A stretch of DNA of 46,515 nucleotides from Verrucomicrobiota bacterium (GTDB lineage Bacteria; Verrucomicrobiota; Verrucomicrobiia; Limisphaerales; CANJXF01), in NCBI GenBank assembly GCA_038214755.1, contig JBBQRQ010000033.1, positions 1-46,515 on the forward strand, given 5' to 3'. The position numbers were made by a program, and so were the translations under genes. The notes beneath the pieces are model-generated. The model did no database searches. It saw only the letters and a list, made by a program, of their open reading frames with translations, and was not told the DNA's origin. Of this stretch, positions 1-10,112 are shown piece after piece. Within the stretch, counting starts at the first letter, position 1, and every line of letters starts with the position of its first letter.

Positions 1-461
1 CGCAACCGGCAGAAAAAACCGCAGCACAAAACCACCACCGACTTTTTCACCGCCATGAACGCCGAACATCATCGCTACGCCATCCGCTGCCTTCATGCCC
101 GCCAGCCAAGCTTTCAATCATCTTCATGAATTGGCCGTGCCCAGAGGAGGAGGAGGCTGCTTGGGTATATGCTATGATTTTTTTAGGTGTTATTCTGGGA
201 GATTATTCGTTTTCCGTGAGACAGCCACCACACAATATAGACGACTCTCCAAAGGTTCGATTTTAAATGGGATTCGTTACGGAGGAACTTCTGGCAGCGC
301 GGCGATTTCCTCAACGCCCCCAATGGTGAATCGAAATCCCCCGCTTCCGTCGCGGTTGATTGAGTGAGGACTTTGGAGGTAGGTCGCCAAGCTTATTTTC
401 CGGTTCCATGAGGTGTAATTTCAAACTGACCCACTACCAATATTTCGGCCCCGTGGGAAAG

Positions 462-710
462 TTATTTCTTTTTCTGATACTGTCCGTAATTGCCTTCCCG
501 CAAACCGTGAAAAGACAAATCCTCGTCGAGGTCGGGCCAATGCACTCCGAAGGGCGAGATTTCGACGTGGCTCAACTGCTGAGGGGTGCCGTGCGCGAGC
601 CGGGGATTTTCGGCAACGGGAAAACGGATCTCTGTGCCACTTTCCATCCGGATGACGATGAAGCCATGCCAATGAATCACCGAACATGCTTTGTCAGTCA
701 AAATATTCAT
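462..710 (-). CDS. DUF2442-family protein, putative antitoxin
   Basis: 82 aa with GVHWPDLDEDLS motif typical of DUF2442; overlaps the stop of the upstream DUF4160 gene. Confidence 0.8.
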   Translation of the reverse strand: MNILTDKACSVIHWHGFIVIRMESGTEIRFPVAENPRLAHGTPQQLSHVEISPFGVHWPDLDEDLSFHGLREGNYGQYQKKK

Positions 711-927
711 GCCACTTCTGGATTATCATCTCGCGATTTTCTTCCGCAAGCAATTGTGCTTTGGATAACTCGCGCACCTTGAGGCCTTGCGATTCGCGCA
801 ACTCCACTCCGTTTTCGATGACGAACACCGCTTCGCCGCCGCCGTATCTCACGTGGACGTGAATCGGACGATGTTCGTTGCTATAAAATAAAAACTTATA
901 ACCCTCTTTATTGAAAAGCGTCGGCAT
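694..927 (-). CDS. DUF4160-family protein, putative toxin
   Basis: 77 aa from ATG 927: MPTLF..GYKFLFYSNEHRPIHVHV..W; this is the C-terminal part of the spurious 390-aa ORF 694..1866. Confidence 0.8.
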   Translation of the reverse strand: MPTLFNKEGYKFLFYSNEHRPIHVHVRYGGGEAVFVIENGVELRESQGLKVRELSKAQLLAEENREMIIQKWHEYFD

Positions 928-1065
928 CTTGGGCACGATGGCAAAATGATTCCGCCTCAACCAATAGCTTTCCCAAAATTGGTTTGACACTTTCGCTCTG
1001 CAAATGCTGAATTCGCGCATTCGCCAAAACATTTTCATTGTGACTACGCACCAATTTCGCCCTCG

Positions 1066-2190
1066 ATGAAAAACGGAAAAGTGAATATCGCCATTGTCGG
1101 TCTCGGCTTCGGAGCTGAATTCATTCCCATTTATCAACGGCATCCCAACGCCAATCTCTACGCCATTTGCCAGCGCACGACGGAGAAACTCCACGCGATT
1201 GGCGACGCATTTGAAATCGAAAAACGTTACTCGGACTTCAATGAACTTTTGAAAGATCCAAACGTTGACGCGGTTCACATCAACTCGCCCATTCCCGATC
1301 ACGCCGCGCAATCCATCGCCGCGTTGAAAGCCGGGAAGCACGTCGCTTGCACCGTGCCGATGGCGACTTCGATTGCGGATTGCAAAAAGATTGTCGATCT
1401 CGTCAAAAAAACCGGGCTGAAATACATGATGATGGAGACGGTCGTTTACGCCCGCGAATTTCTTTTCATCAAGGAACTTTTCGATCGCGGCGAACTGGGC
1501 AAAATCCAATTTCTCCAAGCCAGCCATCAGCAGGACATGGATGGCTGGCCGAATTATTGGCCGGGACTTCCTCCGATGTGGTATGCGACTCATTGCGTCG
1601 GCCCGATGCTCGCACTCAACAACGATATTGCAGAATATGTTTCCTGTTTCGGCTCCGGCACGATTCGCAAAGAGTTGGTTAAAAAATATAATTCTCCCTT
1701 CGCCGTTGAAACCGCGCACGTCAAATTTAAAAATTCCGATGTGAGTGCGCGCATCATTCGTTCGCTGTTCGATGTCGCGAGGCAATATCGCGAAAGCATC
1801 GACGTTTACGGCTCGAAAAAATCCTTTGAGTGGACGCTCGTAGAGCATGAGGAACACGTCCTGCACACCGCGAAATTACCGGAGCACAAAATTCCGAAAA
1901 AAATCAAAGTGCCCGATTACGCGAAGCGTTTGCCCAAAGGGATTCAGCCGTTCACGACGAAAGGCGTTTATGATCTCGGCAAGAAAACGCATCTCAGTTT
2001 CACGCAAGGCGCAGGTCACGGCGGTTCGCATCCGCATCTCGCCCACGAATTTTTACGCGCTTTAATCGAAGACCGCGACCCGATGCCGAATGCCAAACAA
2101 TCCGCCAACTGGACGTGCGTCGGTCTCTGCGCGCACGCATCCGCGTTGAAAGGCGGCGCTATTGTCAAATTGCCTGGTTTCACGCAATAA
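1066..2190 (+). CDS. Gfo/Idh/MocA family oxidoreductase
   Basis: N-terminal IAIVGLGFG Rossmann motif; DAVHINSP..H..ALKAGKHVACTVPM. Confidence 0.9.
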   Translation: MKNGKVNIAIVGLGFGAEFIPIYQRHPNANLYAICQRTTEKLHAIGDAFEIEKRYSDFNELLKDPNVDAVHINSPIPDHAAQSIAALKAGKHVACTVPMATSIADCKKIVDLVKKTGLKYMMMETVVYAREFLFIKELFDRGELGKIQFLQASHQQDMDGWPNYWPGLPPMWYATHCVGPMLALNNDIAEYVSCFGSGTIRKELVKKYNSPFAVETAHVKFKNSDVSARIIRSLFDVARQYRESIDVYGSKKSFEWTLVEHEEHVLHTAKLPEHKIPKKIKVPDYAKRLPKGIQPFTTKGVYDLGKKTHLSFTQGAGHGGSHPHLAHEFLRALIEDRDPMPNAKQSANWTCVGLCAHASALKGGAIVKLPGFTQ

Positions 2191-2196
2191 TTTCCC

Positions 2197-2436
2197 ATGG
2201 CTACCGTAACGTTGAATCAAGTTCTCGAACTGACGCAAAAGCTTCCTGATGACGAACAGGAAATGCTGGTGGATTTGGTTCGCCGCCAACGCAGCGAGAA
2301 TTGGCGGAAAGAATTGGCCCGCGATGCGGATCAAGCGAGAGAGGATTTTTTGGCGGGAAAACTTAAGGCGGAAAAGGTGGAAGTGATTATCGCACGCTTG
2401 GAATCGGATTGGGCCAAAGAGGATGAGACCAAGTGA
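2197..2436 (+). CDS. putative antitoxin
   Basis: 79 aa, acidic and helical; GTGA overlap with the downstream RelE-like gene. Confidence 0.65.
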   Translation: MATVTLNQVLELTQKLPDDEQEMLVDLVRRQRSENWRKELARDADQAREDFLAGKLKAEKVEVIIARLESDWAKEDETK

Positions 2437-2720
2437 TTCGCGATCTTGTTGAGTCGCCACGTTTTACCCGAGTGTCGCGGAAATTCACGCAACATAATGA
2501 GCAACGAAAAAGATGTGTAAGAGCAACGCTTTTGCGAATGAGCACCGACGTTTTTGATCCAAAACTAAAAACTCACCCATTAGGCGGTCACCTCGCGGGA
2601 CGTTACGCTTGTTCGTGCGGCTATGACTGCCGGATCATTTTTGAAATAGTTAAAAATCCTGCCGCCAACATTGAATTCATTTTGCTGCATGATGTCGGCA
2701 CGCACGACGACGTTTATTAG
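2433..2720 (+). CDS. RelE/YafQ-superfamily toxin (mRNA interferase)
   Basis: 95 aa; [15 protein letters not shown] and C-terminal DVGTHDDVY motifs. Confidence 0.8.
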   Translation: MIRDLVESPRFTRVSRKFTQHNEQRKRCVRATLLRMSTDVFDPKLKTHPLGGHLAGRYACSCGYDCRIIFEIVKNPAANIEFILLHDVGTHDDVY

Positions 2721-2757
2721 CCAAAATTTATTCCGTTCACCCAAACAAACAAAAATT

Positions 2758-4407
2758 ATGACAAACGTTGATAACACACCGATTGCACCAAACGCGAAAC
2801 GGCTCTTATGTGCCGGTTTCATGGCTATTCTCGCGGCCGGCATGGGCTTCGCCCTGCGCGGCGGCATCTTTGATAACTGGGGCAAGGAATTCGGATTCAC
2901 TGGCGTACAACTCGGCTCCATCGGTGGGGCGGGTCTTTCCGGTTTCTGTTTCGGTATCATTATTGGCGGCGTCATCTGCGATAAGATTGGCTACGGAAAG
3001 TTAGTCGTTGCTGCGTTTCTCCTACACATCGTCTCGGCATTCGTCACGTTCGCCGCGGTGCCGGGAGACGGCGGCGAAGCGGCCAAAGCCTTAGCCTATA
3101 ACTGCCTGTTTGGTGGGATGTTCATATTCGCATTCGCCAACGGAACACTGGAAGCCGTCGCAAATCCTCTCGTCGCAACTCTTTTCCCGAACAATCGCAC
3201 GCACTACCTGAATATTCTTCACGCTTCCTGGCCTGCGGGAATGATCATCGGAGTTTCACTCGGCTGGGTGCTCGATGACAAAATGAATTTACCGTGGAAG
3301 ATGCAGCTCGCGCTTTATCTCGTCCCCACTGTCATTTACGGCATCATGTTTTTCGGACAACACTTTCCAAAGTCTGAGGCATCCGAGAAGGGCGCAAGCA
3401 TTGGCGAAATGTTTAAGGATGTCGGCATGTTAGGCACGCTCGTCGTTGCGGCGTTACTCGTGCTTTTCTGTGGTGGTTTTCTTCCACTTTTCGGATTGTC
3501 GCCGGATATTTCGCAAAAAGTCGGTTACGTTGTAGGTGGCCTCGCGGTAATCGCAGTGGGCATCATCACCAAAGGCTCCATTGGTTCCATATTGCTTTTC
3601 GTGTTGTTCGTTACTCACGCGCTCATCGGATCAGTCGAGCTTGGCACCGATCAATGGATTCAGTTCATCACCGGCAACCTCTTTTCCTCCGAGCAGGGCA
3701 AATATCTCTTTCTTTGGACCTCCGCCATCATGTTTGGTCTTCGCTTCTGTGCGCACTGGATCGAGAGGACGCTCAAGATTTCCCCGGTCGCTCTCCTGCT
3801 CATTTGTTCGGTGCTGGCCTTCGTCGGTCTTCGAATGGCAAGCGGCATGGCAACTTTCGGGGCCGCTCTCGTGGCCCTTGGTATTTACGCCGTAGGTAAG
3901 ACATTTTTCTGGCCCACTATGCTCGCGGTTGCCTCTGATCGTTTTCCACGGACCGGGGCTATAGCCATTTCGATTATGGGCGGCATCGGGATGCTTTCGG
4001 TCGGGACGATCGGCGGCCCGGGTCTTGGTTACTTGAAAGACCGTTATGCAGGCGAGGCGCTCCAGCAAAAGGACGCCGCCATTTATGCGGAATACAAAGC
4101 CGACAAACCCAGTGCTTTCCTTGGTATCAAGGCAATGGAAGCATATGGCCTTGATGGCAAGAAATTGGGCGAAGCCAAAGATGCCAAAGAAAAGACGGAG
4201 CAACAACAGGCCGTCGTCGTTGCTGATCAACATGGTGATCGTGAGACATTGAAAACGGACTCTTACATCCCGTTAACGATGGCCATTATTTATTTGGGCA
4301 TCCTCCTCTACTTCAAATCGATTGGGGGCTACAAACCGGTGCATCTCGCGGGAACCAAGGCGGCGCAAACCTCCGCCGGAACTGGCACAGGCGAAGTCGT
4401 TTCTTAA
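2758..4407 (+). CDS. MFS transporter
   Basis: about 12 hydrophobic segments; motif A-like [10 protein letters not shown]; start placed at ATG 2758 after the toxin stop. Confidence 0.9.
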   Translation: MTNVDNTPIAPNAKRLLCAGFMAILAAGMGFALRGGIFDNWGKEFGFTGVQLGSIGGAGLSGFCFGIIIGGVICDKIGYGKLVVAAFLLHIVSAFVTFAAVPGDGGEAAKALAYNCLFGGMFIFAFANGTLEAVANPLVATLFPNNRTHYLNILHASWPAGMIIGVSLGWVLDDKMNLPWKMQLALYLVPTVIYGIMFFGQHFPKSEASEKGASIGEMFKDVGMLGTLVVAALLVLFCGGFLPLFGLSPDISQKVGYVVGGLAVIAVGIITKGSIGSILLFVLFVTHALIGSVELGTDQWIQFITGNLFSSEQGKYLFLWTSAIMFGLRFCAHWIERTLKISPVALLLICSVLAFVGLRMASGMATFGAALVALGIYAVGKTFFWPTMLAVASDRFPRTGAIAISIMGGIGMLSVGTIGGPGLGYLKDRYAGEALQQKDAAIYAEYKADKPSAFLGIKAMEAYGLDGKKLGEAKDAKEKTEQQQAVVVADQHGDRETLKTDSYIPLTMAIIYLGILLYFKSIGGYKPVHLAGTKAAQTSAGTGTGEVVS

Positions 4408-4440
4408 CGTTTCCCGGAAATTCAGAAAACGGCCTTGCCC

Positions 4441-4462
4441 GCCCGCTCGTATTTGAGCGGGC
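4441..4462. terminator. hairpin between convergent MFS gene and purM, putative terminator
   Basis: GCCCGCTC-GTATTT-GAGCGGGC perfect 8-bp stem. Confidence 0.5.
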
Positions 4463-4463
4463 T

Positions 4464-5588
4464 TCAAATCACGCGCGCTTCGCCGTCACCCTTGACGACT
4501 TTGCCGATGAGCCATGCACTCTGTTTTTGCGCGCGAATAAATTTCAAAACTGAGTCCGCTTTTTCGCCATCGACAATGATCGTCATGCCGATGCCCATGT
4601 TGAAGACCTGATATAATTCCGCCTCCGGCACGCCGCCTTTCGCCCGGATGATTTGAAAAATCGGCAGCATCTCCCACGAACCTTTTCGGATCAGGACATC
4701 ACAGTTTTTCGGAAGCACTCGGGGAATGTTATCGACGAAACCGCCGCCAGTGATGTGCGCCAGACCTTTTATAGTGCCGCCGACATCCTGTCGGCGGTTC
4801 CCTTGTTTCTGCCGAGTGGAACTGGATAGCACACTCTGCCGAGTGAAACTCGGCAGCACGCGGGGATTGAACTTCTCCAAAAGTTTTCGCACCAACGGCC
4901 AATAGCTGACGTGAACTTTCAACACCTCATCCCCAATCGTGTTTCCCAATTCGGCGACGCGGCTGTCCGGCTTGAGTTTCATTTTCTCAAAGAAAATTTT
5001 TCGCGCGAGAGAATAGCCATTCGTATGCAGCCCGCTGGATTCCACACCAATCACCGCGTCACCGGGACGAATTGTTTTTCCATCGAGCATTTTTGTTTTC
5101 TCAACCACCCCGACGATGGTGCCGCTCAGATCGTATTCGCCGCGCCGATAAAAACCCGGCATCTGCGCCGTCTCGCCACCGATGAGCGCGCAATTATTTT
5201 CCGCGCAGCCTGCAACAAAGCCCTTGATGATTTCCGTGAAAACATGCGGCTCCAGTTTTCCCATGCCGAGGTAATCGAGAAAAAAAAGCGGCTCCGCGCC
5301 AAGCACCGCAATATCGTTCACGCAATGATTCACGAGGTCGTGACCAATCGTGTCGTGTCGATTCATCGCGAAAGCAATTTTCAATTTCGTGCCGACGCCA
5401 TCGACGCTGGAAACAAGAACTGGCTCGCGAAATTTTTTCGTATCAAGCGCGAACAATCCGCCGAAGCCGCCGACTTTTCCCAGGACTTCGCGTCGATGCG
5501 TCGAGGCCAGCAATCGCGGCAACGTGGATTTTACTTTGTTGCCTAAATCGATGTCCACGCCGGCGGCGGCGTAAGCTTTTTGTTTCAT
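4464..5588 (-). CDS. purM: phosphoribosylformylglycinamidine cyclo-ligase (AIR synthetase) with a ~30-aa repeat-derived insertion
   Basis: YAAAGVDI, GGFGGLF, DGVGTK, IGGETAQMPG, SSGLHTNGYSL, AHITGGG, VFNMGIG motifs. Confidence 0.97.
   Translation of the reverse strand: MKQKAYAAAGVDIDLGNKVKSTLPRLLASTHRREVLGKVGGFGGLFALDTKKFREPVLVSSVDGVGTKLKIAFAMNRHDTIGHDLVNHCVNDIAVLGAEPLFFLDYLGMGKLEPHVFTEIIKGFVAGCAENNCALIGGETAQMPGFYRRGEYDLSGTIVGVVEKTKMLDGKTIRPGDAVIGVESSGLHTNGYSLARKIFFEKMKLKPDSRVAELGNTIGDEVLKVHVSYWPLVRKLLEKFNPRVLPSFTRQSVLSSSTRQKQGNRRQDVGGTIKGLAHITGGGFVDNIPRVLPKNCDVLIRKGSWEMLPIFQIIRAKGGVPEAELYQVFNMGIGMTIIVDGEKADSVLKFIRAQKQSAWLIGKVVKGDGEARVI
4774..4859. repeat. palindromic REP-like element in frame inside purM
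   Basis: ends GTGCCGCCGA / TCGGCAGCAC (9/10 inverted match); hairpins CCGCCGACA-TCC-TGTCGGCGG and TGCCGAGT-GAA-ACTCGGCA; 27-bp internal duplication at 4809/4836. Confidence 0.85.
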
Positions 5589-5624
5589 CGCGAGAAAGTT
5601 AAGCGGCAGCCTCGCGAAAACTCA

Positions 5625-5731
5625 AGGCGTGTTGCCCAGCGGAAAAGGAGCGCGGACAGCCTTGTCCGCGTGTTTCGAAATCGCAGGCGTTCATGGCCTC
5701 GGGTTGGCGCGGACAAGGCTGTCCGCGCTCC
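5625..5731. repeat. GGAGCGCGGAC-family palindromic doublet with a GGCGTGTTGCCC end motif
   Basis: GGAGCGCGGACAGCCTTGTCCGCG (5647) inverted with CGCGGACAAGGCTGTCCGCGCTCC (ends 5731); related copies at 10198 and 43327. Confidence 0.85.
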
Positions 5732-5810
5732 TGGCACCCAGCCGACGTCTAGGAAAATTATCCGATGGCGCGTGAAAGAAATTTTGTTAAAGCTCAGCAC
5801 ATCCAATTCA

Positions 5811-6956
5811 ATGAAAAAACTATTTTTAAAAAATCTGTCCCTCCTCGCTCTGCTCTCGTTCGTGATCGGCTGCCAAACGCCGGAGCAAAATTCCATCGAA
5901 CCTCGCGCGCGTTGGACGCCGGAAAAAGCCAACGCCTGGTATGCGGCACAACCGTGGCTGGTCGGCTGCAATTTTTCTCCCAGCACCGCGATCAATCAGT
6001 TGGAAATGTGGCAGGCGGAAACGTGGGACCCAAAGACGATTGATCGCGAACTTGGCTGGGCGCAGGACATCGGGTTCACGAGCGTTCGCGTTTATTTGCA
6101 CGATTTGCTCTGGAAACAGGACGCGAAAGGTTTTGTCCAACGCCTCGACCAGTTTTTGGCCATGGCGCACAAACATAAAATTAGCGTGATGTTCGTTCTC
6201 TTCGATAGCGTGTGGGATCCGAACCCGCATCTCGGAAAACAGCGCGAGCCGCGTCCGCACATCCACAACTCCGGTTGGGTGCAAAATCCGGGCGCGGAAA
6301 TTTTGGGCGATCCCGCGCGGCACGACGAATTAAAAAGTTACGTGCAAGGCGTCGTCGGCCATTTCCGCAACGACAGGCGCGTTCATGCCTGGGATATTTT
6401 CAACGAGCCGGACAATCTCGTGTCGCAATACAAAAATGAATTGAAAGACAAACCTGCGATGGCGTTGCTGCTCATGCGCAACGCATTTGCCTGGGCGCGC
6501 GAAATGAATCCATCGCAACCGCTGACCTCTGGCGTGTGGATCGGCACGTGGAGCGACCCCGAGAAAATGTCGCCGACGGAAAAAGCGCAGATCGAAGAAT
6601 CCGACGTCATCACGTTCCACAATTATTCCAATCTCGACGAAATGAAAAAAAGCGTGGCGAGCCTGCGACGCTATCATCGCCCTTTGATTTGCACGGAATA
6701 CATGGCGCGCGGCAACGACAGCCGGTTCGATCCAATTCTCGGTTATCTGAAAGAACAACACATCGGCGCTTTCAACTGGGGATTCGTCAGCGGAAAAACG
6801 CAGACGATTTACCCGTGGGATTCGTGGAAAAAAAATTACACCAGCGAACCCACCGTCTGGTTCCATGATATTTTTCGGCCAGATGGAACACCCTATGACG
6901 AAAACGAAGTGCGCTACATCAAGTCGCTGACACGCGATGCCTCTTTGCGAAAATGA
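5811..6956 (+). CDS. glycoside hydrolase clan A (GH5-like) lipoprotein
   Basis: signal peptide with lipobox-like VIGC; WDIFNEP acid/base motif; ICTEYMAR nucleophile motif. Confidence 0.85.
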   Translation: MKKLFLKNLSLLALLSFVIGCQTPEQNSIEPRARWTPEKANAWYAAQPWLVGCNFSPSTAINQLEMWQAETWDPKTIDRELGWAQDIGFTSVRVYLHDLLWKQDAKGFVQRLDQFLAMAHKHKISVMFVLFDSVWDPNPHLGKQREPRPHIHNSGWVQNPGAEILGDPARHDELKSYVQGVVGHFRNDRRVHAWDIFNEPDNLVSQYKNELKDKPAMALLLMRNAFAWAREMNPSQPLTSGVWIGTWSDPEKMSPTEKAQIEESDVITFHNYSNLDEMKKSVASLRRYHRPLICTEYMARGNDSRFDPILGYLKEQHIGAFNWGFVSGKTQTIYPWDSWKKNYTSEPTVWFHDIFRPDGTPYDENEVRYIKSLTRDASLRK

Positions 6957-7070
6957 GTTCGGGGGATTTCGATCTTTGTTGGAACGTCCAAAAAATACCT
7001 ACCGCTTCTCGCTGGAGACGTTTAGCGTCCGGCTCATCCAGTTTGTTGCAGTCTGTGCCAGGTCAAATTT

Positions 7071-10000
7071 ATGGAACCCGTGATCCTTCTCGTTGTTGGC
7101 CTGCTTCTCTTTCTGATCATTGCGCCTATCGTCGCCATCGTAAAATCCAACGGCGTTCGCAATGAGATGGAATCGTTGAAACTCCAACTTCGCCGGTTGG
7201 AACTCGAACTCAAAAAAATTGGCGAGCAATCCCAGTTTCCCGCCGAATCCAAACCGCAAACGGACGGACAAACCGCGCCGGTGGTTGAAGAGATTAAAGC
7301 CGTCATCACTCCACCGCCCATTTCCGAACACCCCTTTTTCCAATCTATTCCCCATACAGAAATCAGCCCGCCACCAGTGCTGCCGAAGCCGGAATTTAGT
7401 TTTCAGAAAACCGATCAAGAACCGCCTGTCGAGCCGACGTCGCCGCGAGAAAGAATAGTTCCTGCCATCAATTGGGAACAATTCATGGGCGTAAAATTGT
7501 TCGCGTGGATTGGCGGGCTCGCGCTGTTTATCGGGGTCGCGCTCTTTCTGAAATATTCGTTCGAGCACGATTTGATTCCGCCCGAAGTGCGCGTCGCACT
7601 CGGATTTCTCACGGGCCTCGGCCTTGTTATCGGCGGAATAAAAATGTCGCAAAAAAAATACGCTGTGACCTCGCAAACATTGTGCGCCACCGGCGTTGTC
7701 ATTCTGTATGCCGTCACGTTCGCCTGCCGCGCCGTCTATCACTTCGCCTTTTTCGGCCCGCTTCCGACGTTTCTTCTCATGGTTCTGATCACCGCCACTG
7801 CATTTCTGCTGGCGGTGCGCCTCAATGCGTTGGTGGTCGCGTTGCTCGGAATGCTTGGCGGATTTCTAACGCCTATTTTACTTTCCACTGGCCAGGATAA
7901 CCCGCTGGGCCTTTTCGCTTACATCGCGCTGCTTGATGCGGGATTGATCGCGGTGACGTTGCGTCGCCGCTGGAATTTTCTCGTGCTGCTCGCCGCGCTG
8001 GGAACCGTTGCCATGCAAATTGGATGGAGCGATAAATTTTTTGCGGTTCCTAAAGTTTTCACCGCGCTGAATATTTTTCTGACCTTCAACCTTCTTTTTC
8101 TGGCGGCCTTTTATTTCGCAAAACGTTTTCAGCAATCGAATCCGTGGGTGTCCGCTTCCGCCTTGCTCATGCCGCTCGTGACCGTTGTTTTCACGTTTTA
8201 CTTGCTCACGTTTCCAGAACTCGGCCGTCGCCCGGGACTCGTCTTTACTTTCGTTTTGGTCGCAGATCTTTGCGCGCTCGCCCTTGTCCTCCTCGATGGA
8301 AAATTGTTTGCCGCCAATCTCGCCGCCGGTTGTTTCGCTTTTCTACTTCTTACGGTTTGGACGACACAATTTCTGAGCGGGCCGCTTTTGAATTGGGCGC
8401 TCGGCTTCTATCTCCTCTTCGCCATTTTGCATTCCGTCTTTCCCATCGTTCTCCAACGCTTGCGCCCCGACGTCGCGCCGACCTGGTGGGCGCATTTATT
8501 TCCTCCGATTGCGCTCCTGCTGGTGATGATGCCAATTCTCAAACTGAGCGAACTCTCTTTCTTTGTCTGGCCGTGCGTGTTGCTGATCGACTTGCTCGCC
8601 GTCGGGCTGGCCGTTGCCACCGCTTCGTTAGTATCAATTATCTCCGTGCTGATTCTGACGCTTGCGGCAACCGCGCTTTGGATTTTCAAAATTCCGGCGC
8701 AGCTTACTGGCTTGCCGGTCTCGTTGTTTTTAATCGGTGGCTTCGCCATTTTCTTTTTTGTGGTCGGTATCATTGCCACGCGAAAAATTCTGGCGAAATC
8801 CGCGGCGCAACCCGCGAATGAGAACTCGGACGTTCCTGGCTTTCTTAATTTTTCCACTTCTCCGGACGCACTCGCGCAATTGCCTGCTTTCTCCGCGCTG
8901 CTTCCATTTCTTCTTCTCATTATGGTCACGCTGCGATTGCCGCTGCAAAATCCCTCGCCCATTTTCGGCCTCGCTCTTTTGCTGGTCATTCTCGTGCTCG
9001 GCGTTGCCCGCGCCTTTCGTCACGATTGGCTGCCCGCCGTCGCGCTCGCCGCCACGCTCGCGCTGGAACACGCGTGGCACTATCGCCACTTGCACACGGA
9101 GCAACCGCTCATTCCGCTCGGCTGGTATCTTTTGTTCGCTGCCATCTTCGGAGTTTTTCCATTTCTTTTCCGGGGACGGTTTGCCGAACGTCTTCCCGTT
9201 TGGGCGAGCGCCGCTTTGGCCGCGCCCCTCCATTTTTATCTGGTGCATCAATTGATTTCCGCCGCCTATCCAAACCATTTCATGGGATTACTTCCCGCCG
9301 CCTTCGCCATCCCAAGCCTCGCCGCATTGATTTTTCTTTTGCGCAAAGTTCCCGCCGCCAATTCAATCAAGACCGCGCAACTGGCGTGGTTCGGTGGCGT
9401 CGCGCTCTTTTTCATCACGCTCATTTTCCCGATTCAATTTGATCGGCAATGGATCACCATCGGCTGGGCGTTGGAAGGCGCGGCGTTGCTCTGGCTTTTT
9501 CACCGCGTGCCGCATCCGGGATTGCGTTTGACGGGCGTCGGTCTGCTCGCGATTTCCTTTGTGCGCCTCGCTGCCAATCCCGCCGTGTTGGATTACCACC
9601 CGCGCAGTTCCACACCGATTTTGAATTGGTATCTCTACGCTTACGGCGTCGTAGCCATCAGCCTTTTCGTCGGCGCAAAATTGCTCGCGCCTCCACGAGA
9701 AAAGTTATTGGGGAAAAATGTCCAGCCATGGCTGAACGCCCTCGGCACAATCCTTTTGTTCCTGTTGCTCAACATTGAAATCGCCGATTACTTCAGCACG
9801 GGAACAACGCTCACGTTTCAATTTTCGGGGAATTTCGCCCGCGATATGAGCTACACAATTGCGTGGGCGTTGTTTGCCTTCGTGCTCTTATTGATCGGTA
9901 TTTTGAAAAAACTGCCAGCAGCGCGTTACGCCGGAATTGGCCTGCTCAGCGTTGCGCTGCTCAAACTTTTTTTCCACGACCTCGCCCATCTCAAACAGCT

Positions 10001-10112
10001 CTATCGCATCGTCGCGTTGATCAGCGTCGCCATTATCGCCATGCTCGCTTCGTTTATTTATCAAAAATTTCTCAACAACACCGCGCCGAAAAATGAAACG
10101 CCCAAGCCGTAA
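7071..10112 (+). CDS. DUF2339-family polytopic membrane protein
   Basis: N-terminal TM, coiled coil and Pro-rich linker; WEQFMGVKLFAWIGG..FLKYS; more than 20 TM segments; KLFFHDL C-terminus. Confidence 0.85.
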   Translation: MEPVILLVVGLLLFLIIAPIVAIVKSNGVRNEMESLKLQLRRLELELKKIGEQSQFPAESKPQTDGQTAPVVEEIKAVITPPPISEHPFFQSIPHTEISPPPVLPKPEFSFQKTDQEPPVEPTSPRERIVPAINWEQFMGVKLFAWIGGLALFIGVALFLKYSFEHDLIPPEVRVALGFLTGLGLVIGGIKMSQKKYAVTSQTLCATGVVILYAVTFACRAVYHFAFFGPLPTFLLMVLITATAFLLAVRLNALVVALLGMLGGFLTPILLSTGQDNPLGLFAYIALLDAGLIAVTLRRRWNFLVLLAALGTVAMQIGWSDKFFAVPKVFTALNIFLTFNLLFLAAFYFAKRFQQSNPWVSASALLMPLVTVVFTFYLLTFPELGRRPGLVFTFVLVADLCALALVLLDGKLFAANLAAGCFAFLLLTVWTTQFLSGPLLNWALGFYLLFAILHSVFPIVLQRLRPDVAPTWWAHLFPPIALLLVMMPILKLSELSFFVWPCVLLIDLLAVGLAVATASLVSIISVLILTLAATALWIFKIPAQLTGLPVSLFLIGGFAIFFFVVGIIATRKILAKSAAQPANENSDVPGFLNFSTSPDALAQLPAFSALLPFLLLIMVTLRLPLQNPSPIFGLALLLVILVLGVARAFRHDWLPAVALAATLALEHAWHYRHLHTEQPLIPLGWYLLFAAIFGVFPFLFRGRFAERLPVWASAALAAPLHFYLVHQLISAAYPNHFMGLLPAAFAIPSLAALIFLLRKVPAANSIKTAQLAWFGGVALFFITLIFPIQFDRQWITIGWALEGAALLWLFHRVPHPGLRLTGVGLLAISFVRLAANPAVLDYHPRSSTPILNWYLYAYGVVAISLFVGAKLLAPPREKLLGKNVQPWLNALGTILLFLLLNIEIADYFSTGTTLTFQFSGNFARDMSYTIAWALFAFVLLLIGILKKLPAARYAGIGLLSVALLKLFFHDLAHLKQLYRIVALISVAIIAMLASFIYQKFLNNTAPKNETPKP

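Noticed and set aside
694..1866. 390-aa minus-strand ORF
   Set aside because: Mostly antisense to the oxidoreductase; only the last 77 aa (DUF4160) look real
462..2720. Integron cassette array suggested by clustered TA modules
   Set aside because: No integrase and no convincing attC sites seen
5580..5810. N-terminal extension of the glycoside hydrolase as another coding REP insertion
   Set aside because: It overlaps the purM start, and a clean signal peptide begins at ATG 5811, so the repeat is intergenic
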